A DNA stretch of 64,000 nt. It comes from Syntrophorhabdaceae bacterium (GTDB taxonomy: Bacteria > Desulfobacterota > Syntrophorhabdia > Syntrophorhabdales > Syntrophorhabdaceae). The notes under the pieces were generated by a model. That model saw only the letters and a program-made list of their open reading frames with translations, was not told the DNA's origin and searched no databases. The stretch covers positions 1,728,001 through 1,792,000 of the forward strand of contig OY762209.1 in assembly GCA_963665295.1 (NCBI GenBank). Reading direction: 5' to 3'. A program made the position numbers and the translations under genes. This document shows positions 10,059-20,639 of this stretch, piece after piece (the stretch's first letter is position 1; every line of letters begins with the position of its first letter).

Positions 10059-11909
10059 CTAATTGTCCCTGAACGTCGTGCCCGGGCTATCAACCTTCGA
10101 GTCGAGTGGAAAATACGCATGAATTATCGTGCCTTTGCCGGGCTTTGACGTGAGTTCCAGGCGTCCCCCCGCAAGAGAAGCACGCTCGCGCATACCAAGC
10201 AGGCCGAAGCTCTCGCCCTTTGACGCCCTTATGCGGGATTCGTCGATGTTAAAGCCTTTTCCGTCATCCCTCACGGTAAGACGAAGCTCTCCGCTCATTA
10301 CTTCGAGATGGACGTGCACGGTCTTCGCGTCGGAGTGCCGGGCCACGTTCGTGAGCGCTTCCTGGGTAATTCGAAAACATGTCAGTTCAAGAACGGGGGA
10401 GAATCGTTCCTCCGTGAGGGCGGTATCGAATACCGCCCTGAACCCCGCCTTGGCGGACAGCCGGTTGACGTACCAGTCCAGCGCCGCAGTCAAACCAAAG
10501 TCGTCAAGTACGGAAGGGCGAAGTTCGATGGAAAGGTTGCGTACCTTATTTATCAGTTCCCCCACTGTGGGTGTGTTTTCATGTATCGAGGCCAGTGCCG
10601 ATGCCAGAGTCTTGGAACGCTCCGTCCGCTTGAGGCCGATCCTGAGCGCGGTAAGGGCCTGGCCGATTTCATCGTGAAGCTCGAGGGCTATATAACGACG
10701 CTCTGTCTCCTGTATTTCGAGAAGACGGTGCGAAAGGGTTCTCAACTGCTCCATGGTGCGCTGGAGTCTCTCCTCGGTCATCCTTTTCTTGGTCACGTCC
10801 TCCACCGTTCCGTCCAAATGATGGGGGACACCGTTCTCGTCATTGATTATGCGCATAGTGAGATGGCCTATCCCCTTTCCGCCGTCTTTACGGAGATACT
10901 CGTTCTCGTATATTGTCCGTCCCCCGTTGCCCCGTATCCGGCCAAGAATTCCCGCCCGGGCTTCCGGGTCGGCATAGACCTGTCCGGCGATGTCGGAGAT
11001 GGAGCCGATCAGGTCCCCAGGCGATTCATACCCCAGAATGGCGGCAAGGGCGGGGTTTACTCTCAGGAACCTGCCTTCGAAGGTGGACTGAAATATTCCA
11101 AGGGGGGAGTTCTCGAATATGCTGCGGTATCTTTCTTCACTTTCTTTCAGAGCTGCCTCAACATGTTTGCGCTCGGTGATGTCATGAACGGTCCCTATTG
11201 AACCGAGCGGGGTCCCGTCCGGGCTGTAGGTGGTCTCGCAGAGTTCATGGACATATTTCAAGCGTCCCCCGGAGAGCAACAACCGGTAGGCGATGTCATA
11301 GGGCTCCTTTGTTCTGAGGGAGGTAGTGTAAGCCTGGTTGACAAATTCCCGGTCCTCCGGATGAACCGCATCCAAAAAGGCTTCGCGGGTTGCAGTGAAT
11401 CCCTGCGGGTCCAACTCGAGCATGCGGTAGATCTCGTCCGACCAGATCAACACATTCCGGACAAGGTCCAACCCCCAGTTGCCGATGTGGGCAATTCTCT
11501 GCGCCTCCTTCAGGCTGTTCTCACTGCGACGCAGCGCAGCTTCCATCTTCTTGTTCTTGTCAAGCTCCAGGATGCAGTCCGTCACTTTCCTCTCCAGTTC
11601 CTCCTGAGTTTTCAAAAGCTCATCCTGAACGCGATAGAGGGAACGGGTCACATTGAGAATTGTCGAGCAGACTATGGGCACAAGTATTGCGGGGATGAAG
11701 AGGGAGCCGAATATACCCATGGGGCGGATAGAACCAACGGAAAGGGCTGCTATGAGGTAGATGCCGAAGGACAGGAGGACAACGAATGGAGTGAGAATGA
11801 GTGTGAGGGTTGTCACACTGAACCGCTTGATCACGCTCTGCACAAACACGGTACACTCCTGCAATGAAATTAGTACATTGTCGGATTTCGGGTTGCTCCT
11901 GTCAAGCAT
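10059..11909 (-). CDS. PAS-PAS sensor histidine kinase (NarX/UhpB, HisKA_3 type)
   Basis: ERRYIALELHDEIGQ, LRPSVLDDFGL, QEALTNVARHS, DDGKGF, FGLLGMRER. Confidence 0.9.
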   Translation of the reverse strand: MLDRSNPKSDNVLISLQECTVFVQSVIKRFSVTTLTLILTPFVVLLSFGIYLIAALSVGSIRPMGIFGSLFIPAILVPIVCSTILNVTRSLYRVQDELLKTQEELERKVTDCILELDKNKKMEAALRRSENSLKEAQRIAHIGNWGLDLVRNVLIWSDEIYRMLELDPQGFTATREAFLDAVHPEDREFVNQAYTTSLRTKEPYDIAYRLLLSGGRLKYVHELCETTYSPDGTPLGSIGTVHDITERKHVEAALKESEERYRSIFENSPLGIFQSTFEGRFLRVNPALAAILGYESPGDLIGSISDIAGQVYADPEARAGILGRIRGNGGRTIYENEYLRKDGGKGIGHLTMRIINDENGVPHHLDGTVEDVTKKRMTEERLQRTMEQLRTLSHRLLEIQETERRYIALELHDEIGQALTALRIGLKRTERSKTLASALASIHENTPTVGELINKVRNLSIELRPSVLDDFGLTAALDWYVNRLSAKAGFRAVFDTALTEERFSPVLELTCFRITQEALTNVARHSDAKTVHVHLEVMSGELRLTVRDDGKGFNIDESRIRASKGESFGLLGMRERASLAGGRLELTSKPGKGTIIHAYFPLDSKVDSPGTTFRDN

Positions 11910-12012
11910 TGTCTCGATCCCACTGCCTCAAAAGAACCTGATTGAGCCGATCGCGCGTCCGGCCATGCCCCTATTCCGGAGGCCCATGCGGATAATTGCC
12001 GGTTTTGCCCTG

Positions 12013-12789
12013 TCATGCCAGTCTGGTGACATCCTCGGCCACCAACGGGTAATTGTTGAGCATCAGCGCATCGTGGCCCGGGAATATAAGGTCCGTGGAG
12101 GCCCGGGCCCTCAACTTGTCATATGTCTTCATCAAGGCTGCCAGGTCCGTGATGAAATAGCTCGGTATGTCGTCCCTGAAGCTCTTTGCGACATGGGCGC
12201 AATCCGACGCGACAATCGCGGGGCCTGCCGCTGTTGTGACCGCCACCGCCTGCATTCCGACGGTGTGTCCCGGGGCAAGGAGGAGTTCCATGCCGGGCAT
12301 GATCTCCCTGTCTCCATCCACCAGCACCAGACGATTCGATGCTTCCATGGAGACAAGGGTTTCGATGGCCATATCGTCTGTAACGGCCGCGAAGGGAGCC
12401 TTTTTCGCGATAGGGTTCCTGGTCCAGAATGCGAATTCCTTTCTTTGAACGTAGAATACAGCCCGTGGAAAGGCCGCGGGGAACATCTCCATGCCGCCGG
12501 CATGGTCGAAATGGATATGGGTGATGACTACCTTTGTCACCTTCGATTCATCGGCGCCTATCCTTGCCAGGACGTCGACGGGGTTCACATATCCCTTCAG
12601 TTTCATGGCCGCCGCCATGGTTATTCCGACGCCCGTATCCACTACTGTGAACCCCTCTTTGCCTTTGATCGCCCAGATATAGTAATTCCTCTCCACTTCC
12701 TCTTCCCAGCCTTCGTTCCATCGGAGCAGTGCGAGCTTACTCAGGAAAGGCCCCGCATATTTAAGGGCATAGATTTCATATATGGGCAC
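12013..12789 (-). CDS. N-acyl homoserine lactonase-family metallo-beta-lactamase
   Basis: THIHFDHAG, PGHT, SD and PGHD metal motifs; GTG start with AAGGAG RBS. Confidence 0.85.
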   Translation of the reverse strand: MPIYEIYALKYAGPFLSKLALLRWNEGWEEEVERNYYIWAIKGKEGFTVVDTGVGITMAAAMKLKGYVNPVDVLARIGADESKVTKVVITHIHFDHAGGMEMFPAAFPRAVFYVQRKEFAFWTRNPIAKKAPFAAVTDDMAIETLVSMEASNRLVLVDGDREIMPGMELLLAPGHTVGMQAVAVTTAAGPAIVASDCAHVAKSFRDDIPSYFITDLAALMKTYDKLRARASTDLIFPGHDALMLNNYPLVAEDVTRLA

Positions 12790-13159
12790 AGTCTCTCCTT
12801 TTGCGTATCAGAGTCTTGTCCGGTCCGACCGCTCACTCATTTTCCCGCTAATCCGGATATTTCTCAAGCAAAAATGAGGGTCCCGGCGCACATTATTTGA
12901 AATCACCCATATGGTGAAGGGTCCCGGAACAGGACTTTCAGTGAAGTTCCATCGGCTTCACGGACCTCCATGGCGGCCCGGCAATATGGCCTCTACAGCA
13001 AAATAGCCGGATTACTACGAGAACGGTCAAACTTCAACTACAGACAGGAAGAGGCCGCCGGGTTACCCTATGTCTGCCGGAGCGCACCGGGGACTGCCGG
13101 GCGGAAGAGCCCGCCGGACAAGACCCGGTGCGAATAAAGAATAAAAGGGGGTCACCGAT

Positions 13160-13870
13160 TTGAAGGACGTGAAGTTTACCCACATCATATGGGACTGGAA
13201 CGGGACCCTTCTGAACGACGCCCCTTTTTCCTTTTTTCGTACATGCGAGGTTCTCCGGAAGAACGGGTTGCCTTTCCCGAGTTTTGATTACTATCTCGAC
13301 CATTTCACCTTTCCCGTTGAGAGTTTCCTGGCTCCTCTACTCGCGGGAGAACCGTCAGCGTCCGTGGGCAGGCTGGTAAGGGAATTCAACGATCTGTATA
13401 ACAGAGGGTTTCGTTATAATTGCGCCCTGCACCCGGGGGTAGAACCGGTCCTCTCCCGGTTGAAGGAGCAGGGAATCGTGCAGCATGTTCTTTCCTCGCG
13501 GGATCACGGCTCGCTTGTGGATGATCTCCGCCACTACGGGATTGCCCCTTACTTCGATTGCATCCTGGGAAGCGAAAAGAGGTCACGCTGCGGCAAAATG
13601 GCCCAGGGACGTAAGTTGATCGCGTCAATCGCGGAAGCGCCGTCCGACACGGTCCTTATCGGCGACACCGTGCATGATTTTGCCGTGTCCCAAGAACTGG
13701 GAACGGATTGTATTCTTCTGGCCACGGGCAGCAACTCGTTCAGAGTCTTGAGCAAGACAGGGGCTCCTGTCGTTGTAAGGGAGCATGAAGAGTTGATGGA
13801 CCATCTCTCGTTGCACCGGTCTCCCAACGGGAAGAGAATTTCCATGGAATACACGTGCAGCGCAGGGTAG
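13160..13870 (+). CDS. HAD-family hydrolase (phosphoglycolate phosphatase-like)
   Basis: IIWDWNGTLLND motif I; IGDTVHD motif IV. Confidence 0.85.
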   Translation: MKDVKFTHIIWDWNGTLLNDAPFSFFRTCEVLRKNGLPFPSFDYYLDHFTFPVESFLAPLLAGEPSASVGRLVREFNDLYNRGFRYNCALHPGVEPVLSRLKEQGIVQHVLSSRDHGSLVDDLRHYGIAPYFDCILGSEKRSRCGKMAQGRKLIASIAEAPSDTVLIGDTVHDFAVSQELGTDCILLATGSNSFRVLSKTGAPVVVREHEELMDHLSLHRSPNGKRISMEYTCSAG

Positions 13871-14168
13871 CGGCATGGGAGCCGCCTTCTTTTACGCCGG
13901 CCACGCCAAAGGCCGGTAAAGGCTAAGCCTCTCTTTTCGGCGTGGCGTGTGGACATCCAGTCCGGCGCCCGTCGTTTTTTATCACAGTCCCAACCCCGGA
14001 CTGGCCATAGCAGAACCAGGCCGGGAGGGAAGCAACGACAACGCTGAGACGCAGTTCCCTGAGCTTCCCTTCCGGCACATCTGTTCGTCTGAAGAACTCC
14101 ATAATAACCGTGTCGCGACCTCCGGCCGCTCTTCCGGAATGAAGTGACCCCTGTTTCGCCCCTTGACC

Positions 14169-14999
14169 TCACCTCAGGAATTCGAGGAGCGCCTCATTGA
14201 CTTCCGCCGCGTGGGTCCAGTTGAGACCGTGGGGTCCGCCTTCCACCTCCACGAGCCTGCTTCCCCTGACTGCCTCATGGGTGCGTTTCCCCGTGGCGGC
14301 AATGGGGAGTATCCTGTCCGAATCCCCATGGATGACGAGGGTAGGTATGTCGATCCGTGCGAGGTCCTGCCGGAAGTCCGTGAGCCACGCCTGGACACAG
14401 TCGAGAGTGCCTTTCGCGGAGGCCGAGGCCGCCACGTTCCAGCACATCCGGACCACGTCGTCGCTCACCCTCGTGCCCTTCAGCACATCGACATTGAAGA
14501 AATCCGCGATAAAGGCGGACAGGAGGGCCGGCCGGTCTTTTTGAACGGCTTCCTTGATCCCGTCGAAGATGCTGCCGTCCACTCCGTCAGGGTTACCGGG
14601 TGTCTTGAGCAGGAATGGCGGAATGGCGGCCATGAACACGGCCTTGCTTACCCGTTCGGCGCCGTAAGCGCCGAGATAGCGGGCCACTTCGCCTCCGCCC
14701 ATGGAAAAGCCCACGAGGGTCACGTCGCTAAGCGCCAGTTTGGTCATGAGTATATTGAGGTCTTCGGCAAGAGTATCGTAGTCGTAACCGGAGAAGGGCC
14801 TGCTCGATCTACCGAATCCCCTGCGGTCATAGGTGATGACCCTGTAGCCCGCATCGACGAGGGCGGGCGCTTGTCTCTCCCAGGAATCGCCCGAGAGGGG
14901 CCAGCCGTGGATCAGCACTACGGGCCTTCCCGCACCGTGGTCCTCGTAGTAAAGGTCGATGGCGCCGGAGTTCTCTTTACCGACATTGATGTAATTCAT
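14169..14999 (-). CDS. Alpha/beta hydrolase, non-heme haloperoxidase/arylesterase family
   Basis: HGWPLSG, YDRRGFGRS, GFSMGGG, HGDSD, GPHG. Confidence 0.9.
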   Translation of the reverse strand: MNYINVGKENSGAIDLYYEDHGAGRPVVLIHGWPLSGDSWERQAPALVDAGYRVITYDRRGFGRSSRPFSGYDYDTLAEDLNILMTKLALSDVTLVGFSMGGGEVARYLGAYGAERVSKAVFMAAIPPFLLKTPGNPDGVDGSIFDGIKEAVQKDRPALLSAFIADFFNVDVLKGTRVSDDVVRMCWNVAASASAKGTLDCVQAWLTDFRQDLARIDIPTLVIHGDSDRILPIAATGKRTHEAVRGSRLVEVEGGPHGLNWTHAAEVNEALLEFLR

Positions 15000-15288
15000 T
15001 GGAGCCTCCTTGGGTTTTGCGAACGGATTCGCGGATGCGCCTGTGTCCGCGCAGGCGGGTACAGGCGTGGATGCGGGCCTGTTTTGACATTCCGGACAAA
15101 GAAGACAGGTGGGGGGACCGGCAACCTTATAGAGGAAGCCTAAGCACGGGCGTCCCGGCAGTCAAGCAGGAGGACACCTGCCGTGGAAAACCACTTTTTT
15201 CAACCCCTTTGGACGACGCGGAAGGCCTGATACCGTAGACTCTTCCCATGAGCGCGTTACCAAAAACAGATTACGAAAGGACGGCATT

Positions 15289-15756
15289 ATGAAAGAGAAT
15301 TTTGAATCCACGGTCCGGTTCATCCTGAAAGAGGAAGGGGGCTACGTGACGGACCACGCGGGGGCCACGAAGATGGGCCTTACCGTCGGACTTATGAAGG
15401 CGCTGAAGCTTGACCTTAACCACGACGGGGCGGTGGACGGGAAAGACGTCACCCTTGTGGACGAGGAACTTGTGAGAAAGGTGTTCCTGGAGCAGTTCTG
15501 GAACCCTGTAGGCGGAGACGACCTCCCTCCCGGCATGGACCTCATGGCAGCGGATTTCGCCTATAACGCGGGCCCCAAGGCGGCGAGAGGGCTCCTTGCC
15601 CATGGGGACGTGAGGGATTATACCCTCGGGCGCATCAGGTATTACTGGCAGCTCAGGTGCAAGAATCCCGGGAAGTACAGGGATGATTTCGACGGCTGGA
15701 TAGGCCGCTCGATCCGTGCCTGGCAGAAGGCCGTGGAAATGCGGGCGGGGTCGTAA
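15289..15756 (+). CDS. Glycoside hydrolase family 108 endolysin
   Basis: ILKEEGGYV...GATKMGLT, FW..., DFAYNAGP, FDGWIGR; EF-hand-like DLNHDGAVDGKD insert. Confidence 0.85.
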   Translation: MKENFESTVRFILKEEGGYVTDHAGATKMGLTVGLMKALKLDLNHDGAVDGKDVTLVDEELVRKVFLEQFWNPVGGDDLPPGMDLMAADFAYNAGPKAARGLLAHGDVRDYTLGRIRYYWQLRCKNPGKYRDDFDGWIGRSIRAWQKAVEMRAGS

Positions 15757-15827
15757 GGTAAAGAAAAGTTTGCCGGGGCCTTCCCGGTGTGAAGGACACA
15801 TCAAATACCATACACGGAGGTTACTAC

Positions 15828-16277
15828 ATGGTGAAGGTTTTGGAAAGCTGGTTCGAGGAAGGGTTGCGGTTCGTGGAACACGATATTCTGCCTGTCGCGG
15901 GTCTTGCCCTCAATTTCATCCCCGCCGTCCCGAAGGTGGTGCCCGCAATCCTCTCAAAGATGCCGGAGCTTATCGCCACAGCGGAGAAGATGTTTCCGGG
16001 CAGCGGCAAGGGCGGACTCAAGCAGGATTTCTTCATGAAAACCGCGGAGCTTGTGGCAGCCGATGTGGAGAGCCTTTCCACAGGCGGTCAGGCGGGCACA
16101 TGGAAAGCTCTTCAGCCGAAGATAGAGCCCATCCTCTCCATGGCGATCACAGCCATCAACAGGTTCAGGCCCGGGACTTTCGATTGTGAGGCTGCGGATG
16201 ACGGCGCGGCCCTGTCGGTCGAGAGGCGCCAGGAGGATGAAATGAGGCGTGAGGAAGACCGGGGGCTCTCCCGGTGA
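15828..16277 (+). CDS. Phage hypothetical protein (possibly holin-like)
   Basis: GGAGG RBS; LIATAEKMFPGSGKGGLKQ resembles holin LL-H-like motifs; position after the lysin. Confidence 0.5.
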   Translation: MVKVLESWFEEGLRFVEHDILPVAGLALNFIPAVPKVVPAILSKMPELIATAEKMFPGSGKGGLKQDFFMKTAELVAADVESLSTGGQAGTWKALQPKIEPILSMAITAINRFRPGTFDCEAADDGAALSVERRQEDEMRREEDRGLSR

Positions 16278-16570
16278 GCTGGGCGGAGGTGTTGAAATCC
16301 CTCTCATTCTGGGGGCCGGGCATGGTGATCGCGGGGACTATGGTCGCCGCACTTTACAAACTTGCGGACAAGTATCTCGGCGAATTCATCAAAGCCCAGC
16401 AGGGACAGGCCTCCTCCCTCGCGGCCCTTGCTCAGGGCACGGAGGGCCTGCGGGATTCGGTGCAGGGTTTTGTAGCCGGGGATAACCGGGAGCACCGGGA
16501 AATGATCATTCTTCTCAAATGTGTGACGGAGAAACTGGAACGAATCGAGGAGCAAGTCTATGGATGTTAA
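16274..16570 (+). CDS. Single-TM coiled-coil phage protein (Mu gp25-like position)
   Basis: N-terminal TM segment plus heptad region; GTGA overlap with the upstream gene. Confidence 0.55.
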   Translation: MSWAEVLKSLSFWGPGMVIAGTMVAALYKLADKYLGEFIKAQQGQASSLAALAQGTEGLRDSVQGFVAGDNREHREMIILLKCVTEKLERIEEQVYGC

Positions 16571-16859
16571 GAGAGAAAAATACCGCAGGATCAGGGGGGC
16601 CATGCTCAAATTCCTTGCCAAGGCCCACCCCGGCACCATCGACTCCAGGGTCCTCTACTACCTGCTGGACGACGTGAGATACACCATGACGGAGGACGAG
16701 TTCCTAAGCCACGTGATCTATCTCTCGGAACTCGGATACATGAGGATTGAGAGGCGGGAAGCGACGGGCGTGGAGGTGACCATGTATGTCATCACGCCCC
16801 AGGGTCTGAACCTTCTCGACGGCTTTGTCGCCGACGTCGGTGTGGACGTGAGGTTCTGA
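16560..16859 (+). CDS. Winged-HTH phage protein (Mu gp26-like)
   Basis: IRGAMLKFL...YLSELGY...ITPQGLNLLDG...GV pattern; position before the terminase. Confidence 0.65.
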   Translation: MDVKREKYRRIRGAMLKFLAKAHPGTIDSRVLYYLLDDVRYTMTEDEFLSHVIYLSELGYMRIERREATGVEVTMYVITPQGLNLLDGFVADVGVDVRF

Positions 16860-16911
16860 TGGGCTGTCCAGGGTGCGCCGCACTTCCTGCGGCCTTGCAA
16901 GGCGGCGATGA

Positions 16912-17448
16912 ATGACCCGGAAGGCCTATGGGACGAAAGTACGGGAAGAGGCATACAGGATATGGCTCTCCTCGGGGAAAGACATGGCGAAAACGGTTCG
17001 GGAACTGGAGAAAAAATGCCTCCCTGTGGCGAGGCGGACGGTGGCGGCCTGGAGAGACCGGTATGGCTGGAGGGACCGCGCCCCCGCAATAAAGGAAGAG
17101 CCGGAGGAGGCCCGGACCGATGACGCGGCCCGCCTGATCGCCGACCTGGAGAAACAGAAGGCGAGATACGACAGTTTCTTTGACAGCCTCGGAGAAGCGG
17201 GGATCGACAATCAGGCCACCTACGCCTATACGACCCTCGTGAAAACCATTGCCGAGGTGCGCAAGAAAGCGGCGGAAAAGCCCGACCTCTATGCCATGAC
17301 GCCCGTGGTCATGGATGAGTTCGTGAAGTTCATCAAGGGAAAGGCTTCGAAGGGTTCAGGCAGTCCCGGCGGTTTGAACGGGAAGGACCTGACTGCCTTA
17401 GTCTTCGACCTTATCGACCGGTTTTTCGAAGAGGTCAAACCGGGCTGA
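16912..17448 (+). CDS. Terminase small subunit (Mu gp27-like position, N-terminal HTH)
   Basis: REEAYRIW...RRTVAAWRDRYGW HTH; precedes the large terminase. Confidence 0.7.
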   Translation: MTRKAYGTKVREEAYRIWLSSGKDMAKTVRELEKKCLPVARRTVAAWRDRYGWRDRAPAIKEEPEEARTDDAARLIADLEKQKARYDSFFDSLGEAGIDNQATYAYTTLVKTIAEVRKKAAEKPDLYAMTPVVMDEFVKFIKGKASKGSGSPGGLNGKDLTALVFDLIDRFFEEVKPG

Positions 17449-17526
17449 AGACGGCGGCGAGCCCGGAGCCTGAAAGACGGGCGGAAGTCATGAGCCGGAA
17501 GAGGCAAAAGATAGTGAAGAGTATGA

Positions 17527-19053
17527 ATGAAAGGGGTAGTGAGGACGGCTATGGCGAGTAAAATGGAGATCAAGCGAAAGATCGAGGCGGTTCGGGCCCA
17601 TATGCGCGCGGAGGCGACGCCCTTCGGGAACACCTCGGCGGAGGCGCGGGACGAAAGGGTCAGGAGGTGCCGGGCGGAAGACGGGTATTTCGCGAGGACC
17701 TATCTTCCCCATTACTTCAACCGCCCGTCGCCCGCGTTTCACCGGGAGATCTACGAGTTCGCGAAGGTAGAAGACGAGCCTGTCTTCATCGCGGCCCCGC
17801 GGGAGCATGCGAAGTCTACCATTGTGAGTTTCGAGACCCCTATCGAGGACATCTGTCTCGAGCGGAAGCAGTTCATCATCCTCATTTCCGACACGGAGGA
17901 CCTTGCCGCGGATTTCAATGTCTTCATCATGCTCGAACTGGAAGAAAACGAGCGGATAAGGGCGGACTTCGGGGATTTGAAAGGTCGTCAATGGAAAGCG
18001 GAGGATTTTACCACGAAAAACGGCATCCGGGTCAAGGCGCGGGGCCGCGGACAGCGACTGAGGGGCTTGAGAAACAGGCAGTACAGGCCGGACAGGGTTA
18101 TCATCGACGACCTGGAAAATGACAAGAACGTGAAAAACCCGAAGCTCGTCAAAGAGACGGTCAACTGGATTCTCACCACCGTCATGGGGTCCCTGGAAAG
18201 AAACTTTTCCATGATGATGATCGGGACCATCCTCGCGAGGAATTCCGTCCTCTCCCGGTTTATCGACGCCCTTGACGAGAAGGGGCGGGCCCTCTACCTG
18301 AGCCGGATATACCGCGCCGTCAGGGAAGACGGGACGCCCCTGTGGCCTGACAAGTGGCCCCTCGAAAGGCTCGAAAAGAAGAAGCGGCAGATAGGCTCCG
18401 TCAACTTCAACCAGGAATTCATGAACGACCCCAGGGACGATGAGGGCATGTTCCGGGAGGAATGGATCAGGCCCTACTATCCGGAGGAACTGTCAGGCAG
18501 GCAGCTCAGGGCATACACCTACATCGACCCGTCCATGGAGAATGGGGCGTCCACGGACTACAAGGCAATTATCACCATCGGCATGGACGGGGAAGGCGTA
18601 ATCTACATCCTCGACGCCTTCATCGGCCGGTGCAGTATAGACGCCATGGCGCGGATCGGCTATTCCCGGTACGAGGAATTCCGGCCCCTCGGGTTCGGCA
18701 TGGAAGAAAACGCCCTCGGAGAATTTGCACGGAGCCCTTTCAAGCTTGTGGCAAGGGAGAAGAACTACCAGCTCCCCATACGGGGGATCAAACACTCCAC
18801 ATCCAAGGAAGCCCGGATCGGGAGGCTGTCGGCCTTTGTGGAGAGGGGCATTATAAGGTTCCGGAGGGGCCAGGGGAACCAGGACCTCCTGGTGGAACAG
18901 CTTATCGCCTTTCCGTCGTCCACTGTCAATGACGACGGTCCCGATGCCCTGGAAGGGGCGGTGGCCATGGCCGAAGAAGGCGCGGGAGGCGTGGTGGAGT
19001 TCCAGTCCACGGGCAGGAGAAGGGAATCGACACGAATGGAGGCATATTTTTGA
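17527..19053 (+). CDS. Terminase large subunit
   Basis: Walker A APREHAKST; RGLR...RPDRVIIDDLE; IDPS and DDGPDAL nuclease motifs; start 17527 or 17551. Confidence 0.92.
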   Translation: MKGVVRTAMASKMEIKRKIEAVRAHMRAEATPFGNTSAEARDERVRRCRAEDGYFARTYLPHYFNRPSPAFHREIYEFAKVEDEPVFIAAPREHAKSTIVSFETPIEDICLERKQFIILISDTEDLAADFNVFIMLELEENERIRADFGDLKGRQWKAEDFTTKNGIRVKARGRGQRLRGLRNRQYRPDRVIIDDLENDKNVKNPKLVKETVNWILTTVMGSLERNFSMMMIGTILARNSVLSRFIDALDEKGRALYLSRIYRAVREDGTPLWPDKWPLERLEKKKRQIGSVNFNQEFMNDPRDDEGMFREEWIRPYYPEELSGRQLRAYTYIDPSMENGASTDYKAIITIGMDGEGVIYILDAFIGRCSIDAMARIGYSRYEEFRPLGFGMEENALGEFARSPFKLVAREKNYQLPIRGIKHSTSKEARIGRLSAFVERGIIRFRRGQGNQDLLVEQLIAFPSSTVNDDGPDALEGAVAMAEEGAGGVVEFQSTGRRRESTRMEAYF

Positions 19054-20393
19054 AAGACCGGATATTGAGACCTGTGACCGATGAAATCGCGACCGCGGAG
19101 AAGGACATCTACCAGGACTATATGGGAAAGATCAGGATCAACCCCGACCGGTTGCTCAGGCGGGAGTCCGGCGGAAAAGGCATCGAGCTTTACGAAGACC
19201 TGCTTCGCGACGACCAGGTGGGATCGAACCTCAATACGCGCAAGCTCGCGGTGGTGGGAAAGGAATGGGAGGTTGTCCCCGCCTCGGAAAGAAAACAGGA
19301 CCAGCGGATCGCGGGGTTCGTCAAAGAGGTGCTCCTCAGATGCAATTACGACGATGCCCGAAGGACTCTCCTCTCCGGCCTCGTCCTCGGGTTCAAACCC
19401 GTGGAGGTCATGTGGGAATATTCAGAAGGTGACGTCTGGATCAGGGAGATCATCGGCAAGGCTTCCCGGCGGTTTGTATTCGACCTCGCGGGACGGCTCC
19501 GCCTCCTGACGACCCGGGATATGGTCCAGGGCGAGGAGGTGCCGGAGAGGAAATTCATGGTCTACGCGAATGCCTCCGACAACGGTTCGCCCTACGGCGA
19601 CGGCCTGGGGAGGCTCCTTTACTGGCCCGTGTGGTTCAAGAAGAACGCCATCAAGTTCTGGATGACCTTTGCCGACAAGTTCGGGAGTCCCACTGCCATA
19701 GGAAAGTATCCGCCCGGCACGCCCGAGGCTCAGCAGGACCAGCTTTTGTGGGCCATTGACGCCATACAGCAGGAATCGGCCATCAAAATACCGAACAACG
19801 TGGAGATCGGTTTCCTGGAAGCGACCCGCTCCGGGTCGGTGAACACCTACGAGAGCCTTTGCGCATTCATGAACGCCGCCATATCCAAGGTGCTCCTCGG
19901 CCAAACCCTCACCACGGAGGTGGGCGCAGCAGGGAGCTACGCGGCCTCGCGCACCCACGAGACGGTGCGGGAGGATTACGTCAAGGCCGACGCGGACTCC
20001 CTGTGCGCCGCCCTCAACCGTCAACTCGTGCGCTGGATCGTGGACTACAACTTCCCCGGCGTGACCCGGTACCCCTTGGTCTGGATCAGGACGGAGGCGG
20101 AAAAGGACCTTAAACTCCTTGCCGACCGGGACAAGGTGATCATCGTAGACATGGGGGTGCCTGTAACCGCCGATTACATCTATAACACCTATGGAATCCC
20201 GAAGCCCGAGGACGGCGAGAAGCTTATAAATGCCCCTGCAAAAGGGCCTGTAAGCCCACAACCGGATCAGCCAAACCCGCAAAATGATAGGTCCGCAAGT
20301 TTTGCAGAACAGACCCCTGGGAACTCCGCGCTCATCGAGGCGCAACGGAACATAGACACTCTCGCGGGTAATGCCGTGAAACAGGCAGAATAG
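19050..20393 (+). CDS. Mu gp29-like portal protein (DUF935), C-terminus probably clipped by a deletion
   Basis: PYGDGL, FKKNAIKFW, KFGSPTAIGKY, ISKVLLGQTLTTE, GSYAASRTH. Confidence 0.9.
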   Translation: MKDRILRPVTDEIATAEKDIYQDYMGKIRINPDRLLRRESGGKGIELYEDLLRDDQVGSNLNTRKLAVVGKEWEVVPASERKQDQRIAGFVKEVLLRCNYDDARRTLLSGLVLGFKPVEVMWEYSEGDVWIREIIGKASRRFVFDLAGRLRLLTTRDMVQGEEVPERKFMVYANASDNGSPYGDGLGRLLYWPVWFKKNAIKFWMTFADKFGSPTAIGKYPPGTPEAQQDQLLWAIDAIQQESAIKIPNNVEIGFLEATRSGSVNTYESLCAFMNAAISKVLLGQTLTTEVGAAGSYAASRTHETVREDYVKADADSLCAALNRQLVRWIVDYNFPGVTRYPLVWIRTEAEKDLKLLADRDKVIIVDMGVPVTADYIYNTYGIPKPEDGEKLINAPAKGPVSPQPDQPNPQNDRSASFAEQTPGNSALIEAQRNIDTLAGNAVKQAE

Positions 20394-20560
20394 TCATGAG
20401 AAAACGTTATGTTTCGTCTATCGATGCGGGCGGAAATCGGCAGATGCTGCTTGTCGCGGAGAGCGCCCGAGGGCAATGGACGGGGTACACAGCCTTCTAT
20501 ACGCGGAATTACGGCTACATTGACGGCATTCGGAACGGGGTATTGCTCTATGGAAAATAG
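20378..20560 (+). pseudogene. C-terminal remnant of a MuF-associated PBECR2-like nuclease/toxin domain
   Basis: Frame of ATG 20396 reads RETGRIVMRKRYVSSIDAGGNRQMLLVAESARGQWTGYTAFYTRNYGYIDGIRNGVLLYGK*; RxRY...WxGxT...Y...RxGxLLY pattern; occupies the gpF slot. Confidence 0.6.
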
Positions 20561-20639
20561 ACGGGGTCAGGCGTCCCCCGTGCGGAACGTGGCCGGTCTT
20601 TGCTGTGTCGGGTGCACGGCCCACAGCATCGACATCACA

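Noticed and set aside
13083..13132. Long GC-rich stem (CGCACCGGG...CCCGGTGCG) upstream of the HAD gene as a riboswitch
   Set aside because: No riboswitch consensus recognised; may be a chance or leader hairpin
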